Origin: Betaproteobacteria bacterium | Lineage (GTDB): Bacteria; Pseudomonadota; Gammaproteobacteria; Burkholderiales; CAIKXV01 | Assembly (NCBI GenBank): GCA_947458265.1 | Contig: CANGYF010000013.1 | Location: forward strand, 57,301 to 121,300 | Direction: 5' to 3' | DNA length: 64,000 nt | Part shown: positions 36,540 to 45,756 of the stretch, in pieces | Numbering within the stretch: the first letter of the stretch is position 1 | Layout: every line of letters begins with the position of its first letter | Position numbers and translations under genes: made by a program | Notes under the pieces: generated by a model | Seen by the model: only the letters and a program-made list of their open reading frames with translations | Database searches by the model: none | Told to the model about the DNA's origin: nothing

Positions 36540-38870
36540 TCAGTCCACCGGCAGCGGCGGGAAGCCCGGCGGCGGCACGCGGCGGCGCGACGCTGCCTCG
36601 TACGAGGACGCGACCTTCAGCAGCACGTCCTCCCGGCCGGGTTCGCAGCGGAACACCAGCGAGAACGGCAGGCCGGGTGCGGCCACCTGCTCTGCCCGCT
36701 CCGAGCGGACGAACTCGTAGCGCTTGCGGTCTTCGCTCAGCCGGAACTCCGGGTCGTAGACCGTGGTGACGTAACCGGCCGGCACCAGCATCTCGGTCAG
36801 CCCCGCGTTCGGCCCGTTCAACGATTCCGGACGAAGGTTCTGCCAGATCCCCGGCTGGCCAGCGCCACCGATCTTCGCCGGCGGATAGGGCGAGTGCAGC
36901 CGCACCAGTGCATCGAGCCGGTTCTCGTACATCACCATCATGTCTACCCGGCGCAGCAGTTCGCGCAGCATGATCCGTTCGTTGATGCCCTGGCGCTGGC
37001 CGAGCGGGTTACGCATGTCGGCCACCTCTTCCCAGTTCGCGAACCAGGCACGCTGGTCGTCGCCCCAGAATTTCGTGCGCGCGTTGAGCGTCGGGAAGTT
37101 CACCACCGACTCGCTGAAGCCGCGCGTCTTCCAGTCGGCGGCACGCCGGGTCAGGTACTGGGTCAGGTGGAAGCGGAAGGCCATCGCCATATCCTGCTGC
37201 TGCACCGTCGGCACGTCGAGGTTGGACGGCGCAGGGATCAGCCCTTCGGCCAGCTGCACGAAGTAGTCGATCGGCTGCATGGAACCCGAGCCGAAGAACT
37301 TGCCGGGCTGGAACTCGGTGCGCACGATCGCCTCGGCGAACTCCCGGAACAGAGGCAGGCCGTCGGCGCCCAGGCGGAACAGCAGGTCGGGCATCAGCAC
37401 CGGCACCATTCGGGCGAGCGCGCGACGGAAGTCCACCGTCATCTGCTCGCAGTCGGCATCCGGCGTCCACAGCGGATCGCTCGACTCGACCAGCGTCGCG
37501 CCCAGGTGACGGCCAAGCACCGACTTGATCTCGGCGCAGGCGGCCTCGACGATCGGCTGCTCGCTCTTCGAGCCGCGCGGGTACACCATCGACTCGCGGA
37601 TCACGCCCAGGCGCATGCCGGCCAGCGCACCGGGCGTGCCCTTGCCCTGGGCATGCTTCGCATAGCCACCGGCGACGATCGACGAGCGCGGCACGGTCGA
37701 CCATTCATCGCGCGGATCGTAGTAGCCACGCTCGGGGTCCTTCAAGGCGTCGAGCACCTTTGCGCAGTCACCGAGCGAGCGGCACAGAATGCCAGTGCGA
37801 TCCACGTAGATGTCCACGCCGATCGCGCCCCCATCGAAGCCGATCATCGACTTGTGCGGCAGGATCAGCGCGACCGAGTTGTGGTTCGACGGACCGCGGC
37901 AGGAGGCGCGCGTCTCCTCGCCCAGGCTCGCCATGACCAGGTTCGCGCCCACCGACACGCCCGAACCGGAACTCGAACCGAGCGAACCGGCGCGCGTGGT
38001 GTCGTACGGGTTGGACGGGTTGCCGCCCCAGGTGCTGCGCTGGTAGCCGATGGTCGAGGGCAGCACCTTGAGCATCTTGTGCCGCCCACCCGGATCGGCC
38101 GCGCGACCGTTGTACTCGGTGCACACTGCCTTGGCGAAGATGATCGCGCCCTTCGCGCGCAACTGGTCTACTAGCACATGGTCGCGCGCCGGCACGTCGA
38201 TGTCATAGCGAGTGTCGCCACCGCCGGTGGAGCGCATGTCCTTCGTGTCGAACGGATCCTTGAACGAGAACACCACGCCGTACATCGGCATCTTCTCGAG
38301 GTCGGGGTTACGGCCGTACAGCGCGTCCAGTTCGGCCGCGCGTTCGAGCGCATCGGGCTGGTGGCGGAACTCGTCACACATCGGCGGCGCGCCGGGCGGC
38401 AGCGGGCCGAGCGATGGATGGCGATCGAAGTCGCCCTTGCAGGTGACCGAACGCTCGCCGCGGATGTTGATCGTCGACAGCGCGTTGACCTGCCCGGCGT
38501 CCGGGATGCCGGCAACCATGCCGTATTGCTGTACGACCTCGGGGTCGGAGGCGGTGGCTTCCATCCGGCCGAATTCGATCGCCGGCCCTTCGTACTTGTC
38601 GAGGTCTGGCAGCCAGTCGGAAGCCTTTACCGTCTTCGTCGGGAATGCGAGCGGCGATCCGCCGCGCACCGTTCCCGGGGCAGGTGCGATGTCCGCGCCG
38701 TCCTCGGTGATCAGCATGCTCGATACACCATTGAAGGCACGTACCCGCTTCAGGTAGTGCTCGACGACCTTCACGCAGGTGGTGCGACCGTCGCGGATCG
38801 CCTGCTGCATCTCGCCGATGGTGGCCTCTTCGAGGCGGAAGGGTTCACTGGCTGGGCTGGATGTATTCAC
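36540..38870 (-). CDS. Amidase-signature family protein, unusually long (about 776 aa)
   Basis: FSFKDPFDTKDMRSTGGG and GSLGSSSGSGVSVGANL form the AS-family Ser-rich signature. The GTG at 38870 is the preferred start, but the ORF stays open to the ATG at 38963. Confidence 0.8.
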   Translation of the reverse strand: MNTSSPASEPFRLEEATIGEMQQAIRDGRTTCVKVVEHYLKRVRAFNGVSSMLITEDGADIAPAPGTVRGGSPLAFPTKTVKASDWLPDLDKYEGPAIEFGRMEATASDPEVVQQYGMVAGIPDAGQVNALSTINIRGERSVTCKGDFDRHPSLGPLPPGAPPMCDEFRHQPDALERAAELDALYGRNPDLEKMPMYGVVFSFKDPFDTKDMRSTGGGDTRYDIDVPARDHVLVDQLRAKGAIIFAKAVCTEYNGRAADPGGRHKMLKVLPSTIGYQRSTWGGNPSNPYDTTRAGSLGSSSGSGVSVGANLVMASLGEETRASCRGPSNHNSVALILPHKSMIGFDGGAIGVDIYVDRTGILCRSLGDCAKVLDALKDPERGYYDPRDEWSTVPRSSIVAGGYAKHAQGKGTPGALAGMRLGVIRESMVYPRGSKSEQPIVEAACAEIKSVLGRHLGATLVESSDPLWTPDADCEQMTVDFRRALARMVPVLMPDLLFRLGADGLPLFREFAEAIVRTEFQPGKFFGSGSMQPIDYFVQLAEGLIPAPSNLDVPTVQQQDMAMAFRFHLTQYLTRRAADWKTRGFSESVVNFPTLNARTKFWGDDQRAWFANWEEVADMRNPLGQRQGINERIMLRELLRRVDMMVMYENRLDALVRLHSPYPPAKIGGAGQPGIWQNLRPESLNGPNAGLTEMLVPAGYVTTVYDPEFRLSEDRKRYEFVRSERAEQVAAPGLPFSLVFRCEPGREDVLLKVASSYEAASRRRVPPPGFPPLPVD

Positions 38871-39143
38871 GGTGCGTCCGCTCTGGCTGTGGAGGCCGAA
38901 GCTTACCGCCACCGTGGCCACTGCGCAGGGCGGATGCGGATGGCTGCACCGCAGGGCTTGCATGCGCCGCTGGCCGCGTCGCGCGCGAAACGCGGACGGG
39001 TGTGCGTGGTTGACGCAAACCGGCCTGCACAGCGAAATTTATAGTTGTGATTCCTGGGCCCTAGATCGTCAACGCGCCAGTGCACGCGCCGTTATTCGAC
39101 TCAACACAGGCCATCTGTGTCATCCCAAGGAAAGGAAGAAAAA

Positions 39144-39428
39144 ATGAGCAAGATCGTGACGATGCTGATCGCTGGCCTTTTCGTGGCAGGCAACGCAGTT
39201 GCACAAACCACCGCTGCCCCGGCGGCGCCGGCCAAGAGCCCGACCGCCGCGACCCCGGCGACCCCGGCAACCGCCGCGACCCCGGCAGCGCCCGCGGCCC
39301 CCGCCGCAACGCCGTCGACGACCGCCAAGCCGTTGACCGGCGCGCCGGCCGCCGAGACGAAGAAGGCCGATCCGAAGTCGTCCGGCACCGATGCGAAGAA
39401 AGCCGCACCGGAAACCGGCAAGAAGTAA
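39144..39428 (+). CDS. Small secreted Ala/Pro/Thr-rich low-complexity protein
   Basis: ATG at 39144 follows AGGAAG. The signal peptide is MSKIVTMLIAGLFVAGNAVA. It is followed by PAAPA/TPATPA-type repeats and a Lys-rich tail. A hairpin lies just downstream. Confidence 0.55.
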   Translation: MSKIVTMLIAGLFVAGNAVAQTTAAPAAPAKSPTAATPATPATAATPAAPAAPAATPSTTAKPLTGAPAAETKKADPKSSGTDAKKAAPETGKK

Positions 39429-39436
39429 CGTCGCAA

Positions 39437-39471
39437 CAGCAGGCCGCATCGCGATCCGATGCGGCCTGCTG
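39437..39471. terminator. Perfect 15-bp stem hairpin (CAGCAGGCCGCATCG-cgatc-CGATGCGGCCTGCTG) between convergent genes
   Basis: Read directly from the sequence. It lies 9 nt after the stop of the small secreted protein gene and about 87 nt from the MFS gene stop. There is no U-tract. Confidence 0.55.
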
Positions 39472-39557
39472 CAACCGGCTCGCACGACTCCACGCGTGTG
39501 GGCCGGTTCGAGCGGACCTGCCGGCCTTCCGGCCGTTCAGGTCCGCTCTTTCTTCGT

Positions 39558-40751
39558 TCAGCCAGGCAAGCGGCGCATGAACATCCCTGCCCCGGCCAGC
39601 CCGAGCAGCCCTACCAGCGCGAACGAGGCGACATAGTTGCCACTTGCGGCATGGGTGAGGAAGAACACCGCCGGCCAGACCATCACGCCGGCATAGGTGC
39701 AGAACATGGTGCCGCCGGTAGCTGCGGTGGCCATGCCCGGTGGCGCGCGATGCGCGACCTCCGCCAGATAGACGCCGTTCCATGCGATCGACGACAGGCC
39801 GGCAGCCACCGAGATGGCGATCACGGCCGCCAGCGGCCATGACGGACCGACGCAGGCAAGGCCGAGCGAGGTCAGGCCCATCAGCAGGCTCACCAGCGCC
39901 AGCGTACGGCGCGGTGCCAGCAGGTTGTCCGCGACCCAGCCCCAGCCGATGCGGCCGACCAGGCCGCCGATCATCGCGCAGGTCATGGCAAGCCCGGCCG
40001 CGGCCAGGCCGAGCCCGGTCTCGGTAAGAAACACCACCAGGTAGGTGACGACGCACATCTGGATGCCGGCGAACACGAACGAACCGATCGCCAGTTCGCG
40101 CAGCCTCGGCAGGCGCCAGACGAGCGCGAGAGAACCCAGGGGTGAGGTGCTCGCGGACGGGCCACTGCCGCGCACGCCTTCATCGAAATCGCGTTGCAGG
40201 GGCTGGCACAGCACGGCACCGGCGACCGCCGTCGCGGCCAGCGCCCAGGCGGCGACCTGCCAGTCGAAGTCCGCGACCAGGGCCGGGATCGCGAGCCCGC
40301 AGGCGGCGGCTCCGACTGGCACGCCAGTCTGCTTCACCGAGAAACCGAGCGAGCGGTAGCGCGCCGGCAGGGTCGACACCAGGATGATCGCGGAGGACGG
40401 CGTGACCGGACCATAGCCCAGTCCGAGCAGGACCGCGCCCAGCACGACCAGCGGCAGCGAGGCGGTGGCCACCAGCGCGATGCCGGCAGCGCACAGCAGC
40501 AGGCAGATCTGGCTGGCGCGCAGAGCACCCAGGGCAGCCACCGGCCGGGCACTCGACACTGCTGCGATCGCCGCGAAGAGGTAGACGATCGAGGTGAACA
40601 AGCCCACCGTCGACGGGTCCACCCCGATGGCGCGGGTGGCTGCAGGCGCGAGCACCGGCGGCGCGAAGATCACCAGCGCGACGCCGGTCTGCACCGCGAA
40701 CGCGACGCCGACCGCGGTGGCCACGCCGACGCTGGGTGCATCCGCGCTCAC
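39558..40751 (-). CDS. MFS transporter
   Basis: The 397-aa product is predicted to have about 12 hydrophobic helices. The GTG start overlaps the hrpA stop (GTGA). Confidence 0.85.
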   Translation of the reverse strand: MSADAPSVGVATAVGVAFAVQTGVALVIFAPPVLAPAATRAIGVDPSTVGLFTSIVYLFAAIAAVSSARPVAALGALRASQICLLLCAAGIALVATASLPLVVLGAVLLGLGYGPVTPSSAIILVSTLPARYRSLGFSVKQTGVPVGAAACGLAIPALVADFDWQVAAWALAATAVAGAVLCQPLQRDFDEGVRGSGPSASTSPLGSLALVWRLPRLRELAIGSFVFAGIQMCVVTYLVVFLTETGLGLAAAGLAMTCAMIGGLVGRIGWGWVADNLLAPRRTLALVSLLMGLTSLGLACVGPSWPLAAVIAISVAAGLSSIAWNGVYLAEVAHRAPPGMATAATGGTMFCTYAGVMVWPAVFFLTHAASGNYVASFALVGLLGLAGAGMFMRRLPG

Positions 40752-43700
40752 TGCAGCTCCTCCCAGGCCTTCTGCAGGCGCTTGATCGACACCGGTGCCG
40801 GCGTGCGCAGTTCCTGCGCGAACAGCGAGACGCGCAATTCCTCCACCTGCCAGCGCAGCGCCTCGGCACCCGGATCGGGCTCTCCCGCAGCCTGCCGTTC
40901 CTCTAGGCGGCGATCGATGCGCCGTGCCAGCCCGGCGATCGCCTCGGCATGCTTGCGGTCGCGCTCGGGATTGCCCGGATACTTCGCCAGACGCAGCTCC
41001 ATCGCCTTCAGGTAGCGAGGCAGGTGCGGCAGTTGCTCCCAGGGCGTGCCCTGCATGAAACCGGGATGCACCAGCCGCGCCAGCTGCACGCGCATGTCGG
41101 CGGCGATCCTGGCCAGCGCCGGTGGCGGTGACGCCACCAGCGGCGCGACCCGGGCATGCGCCTGGGCCACCTGCCCGAACAGCCGCAGCGCCGCATCGGC
41201 GACTGCCGGCACCCGGGCACGGGCACGGGTGCGCTGCTGTTCATAGTGGGCCTTCGACCGCGGCAGCGGGTCATCGCCGATGAAGGCGCGATCGGCCACC
41301 GCTGCGACCACGTCCTCCACCAGCGCATCGGGTGGCGCCACCAGGCGCAACGAAAGCAGCGCCTCCTTCTGGTCGCGCACCCGCTTCTCGAGCATGCGCA
41401 TCGGCTCCTTCATCTCGATGCGCATCAGCCGCACCACGCCGCGCCGGGTCGACGCAGTCGCGGATGGCTCCGTGTCGAACAGGCGCAGTGCGACGCTCTT
41501 TCCCTCGTCCTCGATGCCCGGATGCGCAGTCAGCCGACGGCCGCCCTGGGTGACCGCGATCGACGCCGGCAACTCGCCGAAATCCCAGGCGGTGATGCCG
41601 CCGCGTTCGAAGTCGCTGCCCGCCTCGCTCACCGCAAGCTGCGCCGCTTCGCCCAGTTGCGCCCGCAGCGCCGGCAGGTCGCGGCCCAGCGCCAGTTCGC
41701 GCCCGGCATCGTCGATCACCCGATAGTTCATGCGCAGGTGCGCTGGCAGGTCGCCACTGTTCGTCGCCGACTGCTGGATAGCGCGCCAGGCCTCGACCGT
41801 GAACGCTTCACCGGTCTCGCGCTTGACGAACGCCACCAGCGCCTGTTCGAACGGCGGTCGTCCGCCGGCGCCGCGCGCACCGACCGACTCTCCGCCACGG
41901 TCGACCCATTCGAGGAAGCGGGTCACATGCTCGGGCACCGGGATCAGCCGCTTGCGGATGGCCTTGGGCAGCGCCTTCAGGCAGGCCGCGATCTTGTCCC
42001 GGATCATCCCCGGCACCAGCCAGTCGAACTGCCCGGGGTCGATGCGGTTGAGCACCGGCAGCGGCACCGACAGCGTGACCCCGTCGAGCGGATGTCCCGG
42101 CTCGAACCGGTAGACGAGCTTGAGCACCAGCGCATCGACCTCGACCTGCGCCGGATAGAGTTCCTCGGTGACTGCCGAGGCCGCATGGCGCATCAGGTAC
42201 TCGCGGGTCAGGAACAGACGCTTCGGGTCGTCCTTTTCGGCCGCACGCCGCCAGGTCTCGAACGCGGCACCGTTATGGATGCCCTCGTCGACACGCTCGG
42301 CATAGAACTCGGCGATCGCCTCGGGGTCGACCAGCACGTCCTTGCGCCGTGCCTTGTGTTCCAGCGCCTCGACCTCGCGGATGAGCCGCCGGTTGTGCTC
42401 GAGGAACGGTGCCTGCGTACCCTTCGGCACCCAGGCGCGGTCGACCAGCCCTTCGCGGATGAAGATCTCGCGCGCCTTCACAGGGTCGATCGGACCGTAG
42501 TGCACCTTGCGCCGGGCCACCAGCGTCAGCCCGAACAGGGTCACCCGTTCGTATGCGATCACCATCGCGCGTTCGGCCTCGAAACGCGGATCGAAGTGTT
42601 CACGCTTGAGCAATGCCGCGCCGACCTGCTCGATCACCTCGGGCTCGACCCTGGCCACCAGCCGTGCGTAAAGCCGGGTGGTCTCGGTCAACTCCGCCGC
42701 CACCACCCACTTCGGCTTCGCCTTGCGCAGGCCGGACGACGGATGCACGTTGAACCGGATGCCGCGCGCGCCGGCATAGCCGTCGCCCTCCTCCAGCTTG
42801 AAGCCGATGTTGCCGATGAAGCCGGCGAGCAAGGCCCGGTGCAAGGCATCACCCTTGGCGGGTTGGTCGTTGATGCGCCAGCCGAGTTCCGACACGGTCG
42901 CATGCAGCTGGCCATGCACGTCGCGCCATTCGCGCAGCCGGCGCGGCGACAGGAAGCGCGCCTGCATTGCCTCGGCATGCTTGCGGTTGGACTTCTTGTG
43001 CTGCAGCGACTCCTCGTGGAACTTCCAGATCGCCAGCAGCGTCGCGAAGTCGGACTTGTCGTCGACGAACTCGGCATGCGCACGGTCGGCGGCCTCGGAC
43101 TGCTCGAACGGCCGGTCGCGCGGATCCTGCACCGCGAGCACCGAGCACACGACCAGTGCCTCGGCCAGGCAGCCGCCGTCGCGCGCCGCGACCAGGATCC
43201 GGCCCAGCCGCGGATCGGTCGGGAAGCGCGCCAGTTCGCGGCCGATGCGGGTCAGCCTGCGCGCCTCGTCGATCGCGCCCAGTTCGGTCAGCAGCTGGTA
43301 ACCATCGGCCACCGCACGCGGTGTCGGCGGGTCGATGAACGGGAAGTCCTCCACCTCGGGCAGCCCGAGCGCCTTCATGCGCAGGATCACCGCGGCGATC
43401 GAGGTACGCAGGATCTCCGGGTCGGTGAATGCCGGGCGTGCCTCGAAGCCCGGCTCGTCGTACAGGCGGATGCACACGCCAGGACCGAGTCGACCGCAGC
43501 GGCCGGCACGCTGGTTGGCCGCCGCGCGCGACACCGGCTCGACCTGCAGCATCTCGACCTTGTTGCGGAAGCTGTAGCGCTTGACCCGGGCAACGCCGGT
43601 ATCGACCACGTAGCGGATGCCCGGCACGGTGAGCGAGGTCTCGGCGACGTTGGTGGCGAGCACGATGCGCCGGCCGCCGTCGGGCTTGAACACCCGCTCC

Positions 43701-44563
43701 TGTTCCTCGAAGGACAGCCGGGCGAACAGCGGCAGGATCTCGTAGCCCTTCGGATGGTGCTTGCGCAGTGCCTCTGCAGTATCGCGGATCTCGCGCTCAC
43801 CCGGCAGGAACACCAGGATGTCGCCACCCATCGAGCCGGCGGTGCGATCGCGCGCGAGTTCGTCGACCGCATCGAGGATCGGCTGCGCCGGGTCCTCGTC
43901 GCGCGCATCGTCCTCGTCGGCCTCGACGGGTGGTCGGTAGCGGGTCTCCACCGGATACAGGCGCCCGGACACCTCGATCACCGGCGCATCGTCGAAGAAC
44001 GCCGAGAAGCGCTGCGCATCGATCGTGGCCGAGGTGACGATCACCTTGAGGTCCGTGCGCCGGCGCACCAGGCCACGCAGGAAGCCGAGCAGGAAGTCGA
44101 TGTTCAGGCTGCGCTCGTGAGCCTCGTCGATGATCAGCGTGTCGTAGGCAGAGAGGCTCCGGTCGTGCTCCAGCTCGGCGAGCAGGATACCGTCGGTCAT
44201 CAGCTTCACATGGCCGTCGCGCGAGAGCTTGTCGGAGAAGCGCACCTTGTAGCCGACCACCGTGCCCAGCGGTGTTCCCAGCTCCTGCGCGATGCGGGTG
44301 GCCACGCTGCGCGCCGCGAGCCGCCGTGGCTGGGTGTGTCCGATCAGGCCCTCGATGCCGCGGCCCAGTTCCAGGCAAAGCTTGGGCAGCTGGGTCGTCT
44401 TGCCCGAGCCGGTCTCTCCGCAGACGATGACCACACGGCTGGCGCGGATGGCTTCGGCGATCTCGGCCCGCTTGCCGGAGACCGGCAGCTCTTCCGGATA
44501 GGTGATCGGCGGCAGCGCGGCGCGGCGGCGGGCGATGTCGGCGGGAGAGAAGCGGGCGGTCAC
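40748..44563 (-). CDS. hrpA: ATP-dependent RNA helicase HrpA
   Basis: GETGSGKTTQLPK, DEAHERSLN, SATID, the TNVAETSLT..PGI block and QRAGRCGR are present. A long C-terminal HA2/OB/DUF3418-type region follows. Length is 1271 aa, with a GTG start. Confidence 0.92.
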   Translation of the reverse strand: MTARFSPADIARRRAALPPITYPEELPVSGKRAEIAEAIRASRVVIVCGETGSGKTTQLPKLCLELGRGIEGLIGHTQPRRLAARSVATRIAQELGTPLGTVVGYKVRFSDKLSRDGHVKLMTDGILLAELEHDRSLSAYDTLIIDEAHERSLNIDFLLGFLRGLVRRRTDLKVIVTSATIDAQRFSAFFDDAPVIEVSGRLYPVETRYRPPVEADEDDARDEDPAQPILDAVDELARDRTAGSMGGDILVFLPGEREIRDTAEALRKHHPKGYEILPLFARLSFEEQERVFKPDGGRRIVLATNVAETSLTVPGIRYVVDTGVARVKRYSFRNKVEMLQVEPVSRAAANQRAGRCGRLGPGVCIRLYDEPGFEARPAFTDPEILRTSIAAVILRMKALGLPEVEDFPFIDPPTPRAVADGYQLLTELGAIDEARRLTRIGRELARFPTDPRLGRILVAARDGGCLAEALVVCSVLAVQDPRDRPFEQSEAADRAHAEFVDDKSDFATLLAIWKFHEESLQHKKSNRKHAEAMQARFLSPRRLREWRDVHGQLHATVSELGWRINDQPAKGDALHRALLAGFIGNIGFKLEEGDGYAGARGIRFNVHPSSGLRKAKPKWVVAAELTETTRLYARLVARVEPEVIEQVGAALLKREHFDPRFEAERAMVIAYERVTLFGLTLVARRKVHYGPIDPVKAREIFIREGLVDRAWVPKGTQAPFLEHNRRLIREVEALEHKARRKDVLVDPEAIAEFYAERVDEGIHNGAAFETWRRAAEKDDPKRLFLTREYLMRHAASAVTEELYPAQVEVDALVLKLVYRFEPGHPLDGVTLSVPLPVLNRIDPGQFDWLVPGMIRDKIAACLKALPKAIRKRLIPVPEHVTRFLEWVDRGGESVGARGAGGRPPFEQALVAFVKRETGEAFTVEAWRAIQQSATNSGDLPAHLRMNYRVIDDAGRELALGRDLPALRAQLGEAAQLAVSEAGSDFERGGITAWDFGELPASIAVTQGGRRLTAHPGIEDEGKSVALRLFDTEPSATASTRRGVVRLMRIEMKEPMRMLEKRVRDQKEALLSLRLVAPPDALVEDVVAAVADRAFIGDDPLPRSKAHYEQQRTRARARVPAVADAALRLFGQVAQAHARVAPLVASPPPALARIAADMRVQLARLVHPGFMQGTPWEQLPHLPRYLKAMELRLAKYPGNPERDRKHAEAIAGLARRIDRRLEERQAAGEPDPGAEALRWQVEELRVSLFAQELRTPAPVSIKRLQKAWEELQ

Positions 44564-44623
44564 GGTTACTCGATTGTAGTGCGGACGCAGTCACGCACGC
44601 CGCGGCCTGCACTCGGCGACGGA

Positions 44624-44659
44624 TGGAAAGAAAACGGCCGCGGATCGCTCCGCGGCCGT
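44624..44659 (-). terminator. Intrinsic terminator (ACGGCCGCGG-agcgat-CCGCGGCCGT followed by TTTTCTTTCC on the minus strand)
   Basis: A perfect 10-bp GC stem plus a T-rich tail was read from the sequence. It sits about 60 nt upstream of the hrpA start and about 75 nt downstream of the small ORF's extended frame. Confidence 0.55.
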
Positions 44660-44827
44660 CCACTGCAGGTGTTGCTGCTGTTGCAGGTACTGCTGGTTCG
44701 ACTGCCTGGCTGCACGCCATGGCCCTGGAAACGGTCAGGGCCGACGCGCTCCCGGCGTCGAGGCGAAGAAGTCGAACGTCAGTGGCAACGTGCCTTCATC
44801 GTCTAGGAGGACGAATCTGCGCTGGAA

Positions 44828-44935
44828 TTACGCGCGGTCGGTCGACTTGATCACCACGCCGGGAAACGTTGGCGCGACACCCGCTGCCTTGACCGAGGCC
44901 ACGACAGGGGAGAACTGCAGCAATCGACTAGACAT
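44828..44935 (-). CDS. Candidate 35-codon small ORF with perfect Shine-Dalgarno (possibly the front half of a TAA-interrupted 66-codon gene)
   Basis: AAGGAGGTGAtccgATG was read from the minus strand. The product is MSSRLLQFSPVVASVKAAGVAPTFPGVVIKSTDRA, ending at TAA. No homolog was recognised. Confidence 0.3.
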   Translation of the reverse strand: MSSRLLQFSPVVASVKAAGVAPTFPGVVIKSTDRA

Positions 44936-45064
44936 CGGATCACCTCCTTTCCAGAAGTACGGCACATGCCGTGCACGAACGGTAGCAGAGCAAGCCGGGC
45001 CGATCAAACCCGTGACGCGCGTCTGTCCGGTCGCGGCCACGCCGGCCCGGCCGGCCGGCGAGTG

Positions 45065-45122
45065 GCCTCAGCCGGCAGCCTTCCGGTTCTCCACCAGCTT
45101 CGCATCCACCAGCTGCACGATC
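45065..45122. repeat. Direct repeat copy A: orphan duplicate of the last 17 codons plus stop of the 45760-46827 gene
   Basis: 57 of 58 nt are identical to 45757-45814, at an offset of 692 bp. The single difference, at 45092 versus 45784, is a synonymous Val third-codon position. Confidence 0.85.
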
Positions 45123-45137
45123 GCGATCACACCGTGG

Positions 45138-45254
45138 TCAGTGGTAGTCGTCCTCGAACTGGTGGCGTACAGCGAGCACCACGACGTCCGTCGCGGACTC
45201 GATCTCGAAGAGCGCGATGTACCCGGCCCGCCCGAAAGGGATGATCAGCTCGCG
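45138..45254 (-). pseudogene. N-terminally truncated RelE/ParE-family toxin remnant
   Basis: The minus-strand frame reads ..DSPFLRELIIPFGRAGYIALFEIESATDVVVLAVRHQFEDDYH*, which matches only the C-terminal about 40% of a ParE/RelE toxin. There is no start codon between the upstream in-frame TGA and this block. Confidence 0.6.
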
Positions 45255-45526
45255 CAGGAACGGGCTGTCCGCAGCGCAGCGTCGAGTTTGCGCTGTAGCC
45301 CGGCGACGACTACGTCAGCTTCGACATAGTCGCCAGAAGCCTTCGCCTCGTCCCGAGCGCGCAGGCCACGAGCGATGAACTCGGCCTGGACGCGTCGTCG
45401 CTCGACGCGGGCACGCACCGACGCCTCGACGAATTGCGAGAGCGTTTCGCCTTCGGAAAGCACCGACTCGACTGCGGCGCGAAGTTCGGGTTCGACGCGA
45501 ACGGACGGGAGGGTCGACGTTTTCAT
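45245..45526 (-). CDS. Type II antitoxin, RHH-type (now orphan)
   Basis: The start is MKTSTLPSVRVEPELRAAVESVLSEGETLSQFVEASV at 45526, the RHH layout. It lies directly upstream of the toxin remnant. The C-terminal residues (..LRTARSCAS) may be deletion-derived. Confidence 0.7.
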   Translation of the reverse strand: MKTSTLPSVRVEPELRAAVESVLSEGETLSQFVEASVRARVERRRVQAEFIARGLRARDEAKASGDYVEADVVVAGLQRKLDAALRTARSCAS

Positions 45527-45704
45527 CGCGCCAATGTAGCGCAGTTGCATCGCAATATCCAGCAACCGTGGCTTGAGTCTTGCGTCGTCGCTCCTGCCGT
45601 CTACCGGGCCTGCCTCGCGATCAACATACTGCGTGATCGCCTCGCCCAGCAGCCGAGCACTTCACCGACGCGCTGGCGGCGCGCCCATCGGCTGACAGGA
45701 ACGA

Positions 45705-45731
45705 AAACGGCCTGCAAAGGGCAGGCCGTTT
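45705..45731 (-). terminator. Intrinsic terminator downstream of the 45760-46827 gene (AAACGGCCTGC-ccttt-GCAGGCCGTTT, then TCGTTCC on the minus strand)
   Basis: An 11-bp perfect stem was read from the sequence. It lies 29 nt past the stop codon, and the T-run forms part of or follows the 3' arm. Confidence 0.5.
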
Positions 45732-45756
45732 CCACCGCAGCTGGGCAAGGTCGCCT

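Noticed and set aside
41156-44806. 1216-aa plus-strand ORF
   Set aside because: It is entirely antisense to hrpA, whose helicase motifs are unambiguous. Its composition is low-complexity and Arg/Gly/Ala-rich.
44790-45329. 179-aa plus-strand ORF and 45434-46105 (223 aa), both sharing the peptide PQPAAFRFSTSFASTSCTI
   Set aside because: The shared peptide is simply the antisense translation of the 58-bp direct repeat. Both ORFs are antisense to the TA genes and the oxidoreductase gene.
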